Positions 53,824 through 61,937 of a DNA stretch of 64,000 bases are shown here, piece after piece. The stretch's first letter is position 1, and each line of letters begins with the position of its first letter. The notes below the pieces were generated by a model. That model made no database searches and was not told the origin of the DNA. It saw only the letters and a program-made list of their open reading frames with translations. The position numbers were made by a program, and so were the translations under genes. This DNA comes from an uncultured delta proteobacterium (lineage in GTDB: Bacteria > Desulfobacterota > BSN033 > UBA1163): assembly GCA_963708295.1 (NCBI GenBank), contig CAVPSJ010000004.1, forward strand, positions 1,024,001-1,088,000. Direction: 5' to 3'.

Positions 53824-55221
53824 ATGGAAAAGCAATTTGGAATTGATCGAACGGTAGGGAGTGTTCCAAGGCATCTTCTGTCCTACACCTTTCCGATGTT
53901 TTTGGGCAACCTGATACAGATCGGTTACAGTCTCGTCAATACCATATGGGTCGGACATTTGGTTGGAGAAAACGCCGTTGGAGCAATCGGGGTCAGCTTG
54001 CCTATCTTTTTTATACTGGTCGGATTTTCAATGGGCATCACCATGGCCACCACGATCCTCGTCTCCCAGTATTATGGCGCAAAGGATTACAAGTCGGTGG
54101 AAAAGGCAGTCAACACGTCATTTTCGCTTTCCATCATTCTCGGATTAGCGTTGAGCGTTGCCGGCATCTTTTCGAGCGATCCCGTTTTAAGACTGATGGG
54201 GACACCTCCGGAAAACTTCACATTAGCTTCAAGCTATCTGAAAATCAGCCTGGCAGGTTTCGTTCTGCTCTATCTGGGGCTTTTGATCAATTCCATCCTC
54301 AGGGGAATCGGTGACACCATAACTCCCCTGGCTTTTATGGCCATCGGCATAGGATTGAATATTATTTTGGATCCTTTTCTGATAGGAGGGTTTGGTCCAT
54401 TTCCAAAACTTGGGCTAAACGGCGCGGCCTATGCAAGCGTGATATCCCAGGCGACCGCTTTCATCATCAGCGTCGTCTACTTGAACCGGAAGAGCCACCT
54501 GGTTGCCTTTCATCCCAAGAGGCTTCTTCTTGACGGGTCCATGTCTTCGATGATTTTTAAAATAGGTCTTCCTGGGATTGTTCAGCAGATGCTTGTCTGG
54601 ATCGGCGCATTGTTTATCACGACCTTTGTCAATTTCTTCGGCAGCGCGGCCACGAATGCCTTCGGCGCGGTTGTGAGAGTGGATATGTTTGCTGTAATGC
54701 CGGCGTTTACGATGAGTATGGCCGTTTCTGCCCTGACGGGACAAAATCTCGGAGCCGGCAAACCCGAGCGGGTGAAGGAAATATTCAAGTGGGGAGTGAT
54801 CATCATCGCTTCCATCACCCTTCTCATTTCGGTGATCGCCGTCTTCTTCTCTGAACTTATCCTGAAGATGTTTGGGCTTGGGGGCGACTTAGCGGTCATG
54901 CGAATCGGCGTCAATTACCTGCGAATTGTGGGGTCTTGTTATGTCTTCTTTGCCGTTGCGTTTATTTCGAACGGCGTCATCAATGGAGCGGGCCATACGA
55001 TCGTCACGATGATCTTTTCACTTTTGTCCTTGTGGTTTATCCGGGTACCGGGCTCGTTGTTTCTGTCACGAAAGACGAGTTTAGGCATTACGGGAATCTG
55101 GATTTCTGTCGCCTTCAGCTTTCTGGTTGTAATGGTGATCAGTCTCGCCTATTACCATTCGGGAGGGTGGAAGAAGGACGTCATCGTCAGGACGCCCCCC
55201 GCGGTTCCAGCGATCCAATGA
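53824..55221 (+). CDS. MATE family efflux transporter
   Basis: VSQYYGA, RGIGDT.TP, NIILDPFLI, GAAYAS, GQNLGA. Confidence 0.94.
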   Translation: MEKQFGIDRTVGSVPRHLLSYTFPMFLGNLIQIGYSLVNTIWVGHLVGENAVGAIGVSLPIFFILVGFSMGITMATTILVSQYYGAKDYKSVEKAVNTSFSLSIILGLALSVAGIFSSDPVLRLMGTPPENFTLASSYLKISLAGFVLLYLGLLINSILRGIGDTITPLAFMAIGIGLNIILDPFLIGGFGPFPKLGLNGAAYASVISQATAFIISVVYLNRKSHLVAFHPKRLLLDGSMSSMIFKIGLPGIVQQMLVWIGALFITTFVNFFGSAATNAFGAVVRVDMFAVMPAFTMSMAVSALTGQNLGAGKPERVKEIFKWGVIIIASITLLISVIAVFFSELILKMFGLGGDLAVMRIGVNYLRIVGSCYVFFAVAFISNGVINGAGHTIVTMIFSLLSLWFIRVPGSLFLSRKTSLGITGIWISVAFSFLVVMVISLAYYHSGGWKKDVIVRTPPAVPAIQ

Positions 55222-55387
55222 ATGAACCTCCCCGATTTCGCAATTGACTAATTTGAGCGTCTTTGGTAGTCTTATCCTCAGCCCCCAACCCTCTCGCATG
55301 AACCTCGACCCCTCGGGGAGAAATGGGTAAGGATCGGTGTCCTCTTTGACGTTGTGGTGAAGAATCTATCCGTGAAAGGTTGACGGG

Positions 55388-57013
55388 ATGGAAGACGATA
55401 CCACAAGCGAAAAGTGCCTGACCGATTTGTTGAGGATTTATTCCATTCTCTTTCTGGTCGTGGGTTACGTTTTTCTTCTCTTCCCCTGGTTTACCCTTGA
55501 AGCGATCGATAGGCTCGGTGAAAGCCCGATTGTTCTTTGGCTCCTCGGCGGAAATCCCCTCTTTAAATGGCTGGGCTGGGAACTGGACCATGAGAGGGTG
55601 AATGCCTTGGGCACCCCTGCCGAATATTTCTGGGTCTTTCTCGGCTTTTCGATGATGATGACGATCGCGGCCTGCAGCTATGTCGCCTCAAAAGACATTC
55701 GAAAGAACAGATCGGTCATCCTCCCCCTCATCCTCTCCAAGCTTGCCTCCTCTCTTTGCGCTTTGACCTTTTATTACTCCAGGGGCATTTTTGCCTATCT
55801 CGTCATTTTCATCACGGATTTTCCCCTTTTCCTCCTGACCCTTTACTTCTATCTGAAGGCTGACACCGGCCGCATTCCTGAAGTTTATCAGTCCTGGAAG
55901 ATTGACAGGGATAAGTACCGGGAGATGTGCCTCGGCAGTGAAAAGACCAGGGTTGCCTGTATCCGTGATGAGGATAAACTCAGGGCATTGGATCGGGTTC
56001 TTCGAGAGACGGGTTTTTGCGACCTTCTGGAAAGAAAATGGAAGGGCTCCGGTAAGAAGAAAGAGGATTTTCTTATTGCGGTGAAGTCAAACTTCATGAT
56101 GACTTATAACAAAATCGATGAAAGCACTTACACGGACCCTGAGCTTGTCGAGCATCTTCTTAACGAACTCCACGATAGAGCGTATACGAATTTAGCGCTC
56201 GTCGAATCGAGAAATACTTATGGCCTCTATTTTGATAAGCGGGGAGTGGCGGAAGTGGCGGACTATGTGGGTTATCGGCATAAAAACTACAGGATTCATG
56301 ATTTGACCGACGAACGGGAAGAGTTTGACTACGGGGGCCCCCTGGGTCGCCATTTTGTGGGACCGACATGGCGGGACGCGGACTTCAGAATATCTTTCGC
56401 TAAGAATAAGACCCATAGTTTTTGTTACTATACGCTCACCCTCAAGAATATCTACGGGACCCTCCCTCTGGAAAACAAGCTTCTTGAATATCACAAGAAG
56501 AAGGAGTTCGACTGGCCGACGATCGAGACGCTTAAGCACTTCCCGGTCCATTACGGAATCATCGATGCCTTCATCAGTGCGGACGGTCCGATGGGCGTCA
56601 TCTCCGATGTGAGGCCGAACCCGACGAAAACCCTCATCGGCGGAGAGAAGATCGTGGCTGTCGATTGGGTGGGGGCGCGAAAGATGGGGTTGAACCCCTT
56701 GAAGAGCCGTTTTATGAGAATTGCCGTCCGCGAGTTCGGCTCTCCCGAAGGGAAAATAGACCTGATCGGGGATGAGTCGCCTTATCGTCCATGGAAGAAT
56801 GTCCATCCCCTGTTGGTGGATATCCTCGCGATGGCGGAAGAGTGGTGGGTGTTCGCCCACAGCTTCATGTCCACGTTCATCTTTGCCGAAGAATATTTTC
56901 CTCGAAAGCCCATGAGCATCGTTTTCAGGTTTTTTCGACGCCTCATTCTACCCATTCTGCCTCTCTTTTTCAGAACTGGGCACAGGCTCCGGAAGTCAAG
57001 AAGGAGGCCGTAG
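55388..57013 (+). CDS. Membrane-anchored DUF362-like protein
   Basis: About four N-terminal TM helices; VKSNFM, YTDPELV, KNKTH...TLTLKNIYG, VAVD. Confidence 0.7.
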   Translation: MEDDTTSEKCLTDLLRIYSILFLVVGYVFLLFPWFTLEAIDRLGESPIVLWLLGGNPLFKWLGWELDHERVNALGTPAEYFWVFLGFSMMMTIAACSYVASKDIRKNRSVILPLILSKLASSLCALTFYYSRGIFAYLVIFITDFPLFLLTLYFYLKADTGRIPEVYQSWKIDRDKYREMCLGSEKTRVACIRDEDKLRALDRVLRETGFCDLLERKWKGSGKKKEDFLIAVKSNFMMTYNKIDESTYTDPELVEHLLNELHDRAYTNLALVESRNTYGLYFDKRGVAEVADYVGYRHKNYRIHDLTDEREEFDYGGPLGRHFVGPTWRDADFRISFAKNKTHSFCYYTLTLKNIYGTLPLENKLLEYHKKKEFDWPTIETLKHFPVHYGIIDAFISADGPMGVISDVRPNPTKTLIGGEKIVAVDWVGARKMGLNPLKSRFMRIAVREFGSPEGKIDLIGDESPYRPWKNVHPLLVDILAMAEEWWVFAHSFMSTFIFAEEYFPRKPMSIVFRFFRRLILPILPLFFRTGHRLRKSRRRP

Positions 57014-57853
57014 ATGGAACAGAACGATAAAAATCTCATTAAGATCCTCGTTCTTTTAGGCCTTTCGGCCCTGCTGCTCGCTTGTGTCGTTCTGGAAGGA
57101 TACACCAGCTCCCTGACCGGTTATGTCATCGCTTTTTTTGCCGCCGTATTGGCCGGCTGCATCGTCACCGCTTTTACGATTTGCACCGAACACCTTATTG
57201 GCCTCATCCTCTTCGGATTTGTCATCGGTTTCTTAACTCAGGCCGTCGGGATCACTTCGGATCTGTGGTGTTACGACCGTACGTTCCTCTTTGCTGCGTT
57301 TTCGTGGTCCCTTGCCGCCGTCACCATGGAAGGGATCTCCAAGGTCATTCGATATAAGTTGAAAAGCCTGAGAGATCCTCCATTGAATGTGCTTATCATC
57401 ATTGCCCTGTTGGGAGTGCTCGTTACCACCCTTGCTTACCAGGATCATTGGAGGTATGCGAGGTATCGCCCCGCTCCTGGAGAATGGGCGGAGAGACAGG
57501 CGTCCCGAATTCAAGGGGAATGCTTCATTCATCAAGAGGTGCCCGGAAAGGGATCCGAACGGTTCAAATCGAAGCTTGAGCCTAATGAACCTTTTTGGAT
57601 CTACTACCTCTCACTGGCGGGCTTTGCCATCCTGATGCAAGCCCGGATCCCTTTTACCGATCTTCTGAGCTTGATATTGGCCGGATGGATCATGGGAGGG
57701 ATCAGTGAATGGTTGGGCGCTACGGCAAAATTATGGCACTTCAGGACAGTCGCCTTTCCCCCGCTCTTTCTTGTCCTCGGATGCTGGCCGCTTGAGTTTC
57801 TGGTCATCCGCGGCCTGGCCACCCGAATGAAGGGATCAGCCATCCTTCAATAG
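57014..57853 (+). CDS. Polytopic membrane protein
   Basis: Two repeated blocks (G...LW.Y/F...W); starts immediately after the upstream stop. Confidence 0.75.
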   Translation: MEQNDKNLIKILVLLGLSALLLACVVLEGYTSSLTGYVIAFFAAVLAGCIVTAFTICTEHLIGLILFGFVIGFLTQAVGITSDLWCYDRTFLFAAFSWSLAAVTMEGISKVIRYKLKSLRDPPLNVLIIIALLGVLVTTLAYQDHWRYARYRPAPGEWAERQASRIQGECFIHQEVPGKGSERFKSKLEPNEPFWIYYLSLAGFAILMQARIPFTDLLSLILAGWIMGGISEWLGATAKLWHFRTVAFPPLFLVLGCWPLEFLVIRGLATRMKGSAILQ

Positions 57854-57906
57854 CCGTTGATTGCGAAAAGAATCTTCAAACGGGAGAAGAGAACCGAGCG
57901 GTCGAC

Positions 57907-58022
57907 GATTCAGGCGTCGCCCGAGATTCACAGAAGGTTGAAGAAAAGATGGCCAGGAATAGAACCTTGAGATGCAAGGTGGATGAGATTGATAACAGAA
58001 TATCAAAGGTCAGGCTGACCCC
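57907..58022 (+). mobile_element. Second decayed copy of the transposase 3' end
   Basis: Colinear similarity to 38821-38937, ending gtcaggctgacccc. Confidence 0.5.
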
Positions 58023-58390
58023 AAGCTCTCCTTTTTAGGCTATGTACCACGGTGGGTGTGGACTGCGGCAAGCCAAAAGGGGTTCATGATTTGGTTCAAA
58101 CACTACCCACTGGGAACCTTGGTAGATCGATTCCTCAAGATAGAGCAAGGGTCGGCCCACGTTGACATATTTCCGTTCGGGATCACTCGAAGAACGACAT
58201 TAAGGTATCAGACCTTCAAATGTGTCTTAAGCAAAACTACTTTGGCAAAAGCCCTAATGGGCATCAATTCGATTTTGTTAGCGTTCACCCTTCCCGCCAA
58301 ATTCCGCGAACCTTAAAGACTTGATCCTGCATTTGCTCCACACTTCAAAAGGCTCTTTTGTCAAGTTCCAAGACCCAGCACCACTTGTTC

Positions 58391-58903
58391 TCATTTTCTA
58401 GTACGGGAGGTCTTTTTCTCAAAATCTTTCCAGAATTTCTCCTCGGACTTCTTCCACAATTCTCCCCAGCGGCCTGAGAAATATCCTTCTAATGCATTCA
58501 TCAGGCGCCCCCAAGTAGATGTACCATCGGAGGATTCCACAATATCTTCTAGGAAAGGAACGATCTCTCCCAGTTTTTCCTTGGGGAGGTAAGCGCGGGC
58601 TCCCATTTCGATGGAACGTTTCAGAGATTTTGGATCGAGGGAGTGGGCTGTCAGCATGGCCGCCGGAAAGTTACGCTTAACCGCCTGGTCCAGGAGTTCG
58701 AAACCGCGGACTCCCATAATATCAAGGATCACCACATCATAGGTCTGAGATTCTAATTGATGGGTGGCTTCCTGATAGGTGGTGGCTTTTTCGATGATAC
58801 ATTTTGGGGCGTATCCCAAGATCTCCTCTTCCAGAACTTCCAAAACATCAGGCTCATCATCTACCGCTAAGATTCTTTTACTGTTCAGAATGGATTCGGC
58901 CAT
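58391..58903 (-). CDS. Single-domain response regulator with a Trp-rich tail (type B)
   Basis: ILAVDDEPD, LDIMG, LTAH, YLPK. Confidence 0.92.
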   Translation of the reverse strand: MAESILNSKRILAVDDEPDVLEVLEEEILGYAPKCIIEKATTYQEATHQLESQTYDVVILDIMGVRGFELLDQAVKRNFPAAMLTAHSLDPKSLKRSIEMGARAYLPKEKLGEIVPFLEDIVESSDGTSTWGRLMNALEGYFSGRWGELWKKSEEKFWKDFEKKTSRTRK

Positions 58904-59036
58904 AAGGATACCTCCTTTTATTCTGCGCCCCTCTATACCCCCGTCGTTCCAATATTCCAGTATTCCATTTTTCCATCAGGAGAATTTGCACCTTCTGACC
59001 GATGATTTCACTCTTCAGCCATCCCATCGGCCTCTG

Positions 59037-59531
59037 CTATTCAAACCTGTGCCATTCTCGCCACCGCAAGCCCGTCTTCTTTTCCCAGTCTGATTCAAAT
59101 TTACTGTCAAAGAACTCTTTCAAATTTTCTAAGAGCCATTTCCACCCGTGGAGATATTCATACCTCAGCACAACCTCCAAGAAGGGAACCACTTCCCCCA
59201 ACTTTTCTTTGGGAAGGTAGGCCCTGGCTCTCATTTCGAAAGACCGTTTTAATGCTTCAGCGCTGAGGGCATGGGCCGTAAGCATCGCCACCCGGAAATC
59301 TCTGCTCACTGCCAATTCCAATAAGTCGAAACCCCGAACGCCCATGATGTCGAGGATCACCACATCATACGTTTGGGACTTCAACTTTTTGACCGCTTCC
59401 TCATAGGTCGTGGCTTTTTCGAATTTACATTTTGGGGCTGCTCCTATAATTTCGTCCTCCAAAACCGTTAAAATATCTGGTTCGTCGTCCACAGCCAGTA
59501 TGTATTTCCCATTTAGAATGGAATCTGCCAT
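59037..59531 (-). CDS. Single-domain response regulator with a Trp-rich tail (type A)
   Basis: ILAVDDEPD, LDIMG, LTAH, YLPK. Confidence 0.92.
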   Translation of the reverse strand: MADSILNGKYILAVDDEPDILTVLEDEIIGAAPKCKFEKATTYEEAVKKLKSQTYDVVILDIMGVRGFDLLELAVSRDFRVAMLTAHALSAEALKRSFEMRARAYLPKEKLGEVVPFLEVVLRYEYLHGWKWLLENLKEFFDSKFESDWEKKTGLRWREWHRFE

Positions 59532-59618
59532 AATCCCCCCCTTATCAGTTTTCTATTTTTATACCTGCCCTATCAGGGGTGTCACGCATTCCCCGCATCC
59601 CGAGCAAATTTTCCGTTT

Positions 59619-59735
59619 ACCCCGTTAGAAATAATGCCCAGATGCCCTGCGGCGAGGTTACCTTTTAAATCATTGCGGCGGGGTTTAATGCCCAGCTCGG
59701 TTTCGAGTCGTAACGACTGGAATTTCTAACAGGGT
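59619..59735. mobile_element. MITE-like element (117 bp)
   Basis: Terminal inverted repeats accccgttagaaat / atttctaacagggt (13 of 14 match). Confidence 0.65.
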
Positions 59736-60254
59736 TTACTTTTTCTTTCTTTTAGCAGAGGTTGTTTGATCAAATTCTTTCCAGAACTTTTCTTCAGATT
59801 TTTTCCAGGACCTCCCCCACCGGGAATCAAAATACCCTTCTAATTTCTTCATCAGGCGACCCCACCCGGGCAGATAATCATATTTCAAAACATCTTCCAG
59901 GAAGGGAACCACTTCTCCTAGCTTCTCCTTCGGAAGATAGGCCCGAGCCTTCATCTCAATGGAACGTTTCAGCGACTGCGGATAAAGCGCATGAGCCGTA
60001 AGCATGGTTACGGTGAGATTTCGCTTTGTCGATAAATTAAGAAGTTCAAAACCCCGGATTCCCATGATATCCAAAATCACGATGTCATAGGTTCGAGACG
60101 CTAATCTTTGGGTGGCTTCGTGAAAGGTCGTGGCTTTTTCTAATTTGCATTTCGGCGCGGCATCCAGGATCTCTTCCTCCAGAACCGCCAAGACATCCGG
60201 TTCATCATCCACTGCCAAAATTCTCTTACCGTTCAAAATAGATTCAGCCATCAC
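59736..60254 (-). CDS. Single-domain response regulator with a Trp-rich tail (type B)
   Basis: ILAVDDEPD, LDIMG, LTAH, YLPK. Confidence 0.92.
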   Translation of the reverse strand: MMAESILNGKRILAVDDEPDVLAVLEEEILDAAPKCKLEKATTFHEATQRLASRTYDIVILDIMGIRGFELLNLSTKRNLTVTMLTAHALYPQSLKRSIEMKARAYLPKEKLGEVVPFLEDVLKYDYLPGWGRLMKKLEGYFDSRWGRSWKKSEEKFWKEFDQTTSAKRKKK

Positions 60255-60308
60255 CCTTTCACCGTCTTCGTCCCCGGAGTTCCCAGAAAAATTGACCGTC
60301 TTGGTGAA

Positions 60309-61658
60309 TTAATCCCGAGGGTGCCTCCACTTCGTCCACTCCTGCCAATTGAGACCTGTCTTCTTCTCCCAATCCGACTCGAAATTACTGTCAAAAAAAA
60401 CCTTCAACTTCTCATAAAGATGCTTCCACCCGGGAACATAGTCATCCGCCAACACATCTTCCAGGAATGGAACGATCTCTCCCAGTTTCTCTTTGGGAAG
60501 ATAGGCCCGGGCTCCCAACTCTACCGACTTCTTCAGAGCTTCTGGCGAAAGGGCATGGGCTGTCAACATGGCAACTCGAAGATTCTTCGTCACCGCTAAA
60601 TCCAACAGGTCAAAGCCGCGAACCCCCATAATGTCCAGGATGACGACGTCATAGTCCGTTGATTCTAACATTCTTACCGCTGTCTCATAGGTGGTGGCCT
60701 TATCCAGTTTGCAGTGGGGACAGGTTGCTGATATCTCCTCTTCGAGAATCTTCAAGACATCCGGCTCATCATCGACTGCCAAAATTCTCTTTCCATCCAG
60801 AATTGATTCCGTCAGGATGCCTCTCCCGGCGTCTTTAGGGGACCGAACCGGAGGAATGCGAACCATAAATCGTGTTCCCACTCCCTCTTGACTCTCCAAT
60901 GTAATTTCTCCTCCCATGGTTTCCACTAAGGCCTTAACCCCCGTGAGGCCTAATCCGAGTCCTGGTAGGTAGCCACGTTTTTCGTTATCCAGCCGGACAA
61001 ATCGCCCAAAAATGACCCCTTGATCCTCCAAGGGGATTCCGATCCCGTCATCCTCCACTGAGACGAGCAAGTCCGCCTCCCCGCTGATCTTCACCTCCAT
61101 GCGCTGTCGGCGGTATTTCATGGCATTGCTCATCAGGTTGCGTAGGATTTGTTGAATCTTCTGTTGATCATGGCAGAAAGGAGACTTGCCATACTTGCCG
61201 GTGATTTCAATAAAGATCCCGTGTTCCTTCAAATCGTTCTGGAACGTTTCCTGATTCTCGGCTTGACTGAGCCCTTCGACGGCATTTGGAATGGCCATCT
61301 CGAGAACATCCAAGAGGGATTCCGCCACCGTTTTTTCAATCAAAAAAAACTCCCTCTCGAATAAACCTTCCTCGGAGCGGAGGATTTCGATCATCTCTTG
61401 GGTTAGATTCTTGGCCCTATAGATGTTCCTCGAAACACGATCTAAAAGGCGCTTCTGCTGATCCGTCAGAGGACCATATCGGTCCACCTTATGGAGAAGG
61501 CTATCCGTGCTGGTGGAAACAATAGACAGAGGTCCTGTGAGGTCATGAATGAACAGGTCGAACAATCGCCATTTTACATCCACAAACTTATCTTCTTGGT
61601 TTTTCTCTGGATTGGTCTTTATTGTATTATTTTTTTCAGGATGTTTTCGCCCAATCAT
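60309..61658 (-). CDS. Soluble hybrid histidine kinase-receiver with no sensor domain
   Basis: IHDLTGPL (H box), NLMSNAMKY, DDGIGI, GLGLGL; C-terminal REC of type A. Confidence 0.92.
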   Translation of the reverse strand: MIGRKHPEKNNTIKTNPEKNQEDKFVDVKWRLFDLFIHDLTGPLSIVSTSTDSLLHKVDRYGPLTDQQKRLLDRVSRNIYRAKNLTQEMIEILRSEEGLFEREFFLIEKTVAESLLDVLEMAIPNAVEGLSQAENQETFQNDLKEHGIFIEITGKYGKSPFCHDQQKIQQILRNLMSNAMKYRRQRMEVKISGEADLLVSVEDDGIGIPLEDQGVIFGRFVRLDNEKRGYLPGLGLGLTGVKALVETMGGEITLESQEGVGTRFMVRIPPVRSPKDAGRGILTESILDGKRILAVDDEPDVLKILEEEISATCPHCKLDKATTYETAVRMLESTDYDVVILDIMGVRGFDLLDLAVTKNLRVAMLTAHALSPEALKKSVELGARAYLPKEKLGEIVPFLEDVLADDYVPGWKHLYEKLKVFFDSNFESDWEKKTGLNWQEWTKWRHPRD

Positions 61659-61937
61659 TTGTTTTCCAACTCAAGAGCCGCCGAAAGGGGCGGGTTCAAT
61701 GAGTCACTGGGCCGTCGGGGGGGAACTTCTACAACGATTCTTACTCACTATGTATAGGTCAACCCTATTTTTCTGTCAAGCAAAAAATGGGGGTCCTGGC
61801 GTCTTCAAAGTATTCAAAATATCTCCCATCGCACAGGACTGAAACCTGAGACGGTTTAAATTCTTGTTGATTATTCAATCCGTTATGATATATTTGCAGG
61901 TGATTTAAAGGATTTAGAGAGGTCTGGAGAATTCCAG

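Noticed and set aside
58030-58316. Short ORFs between the membrane protein and the receiver cluster
   Set aside because: No RBS or recognisable motif; probably decayed sequence.
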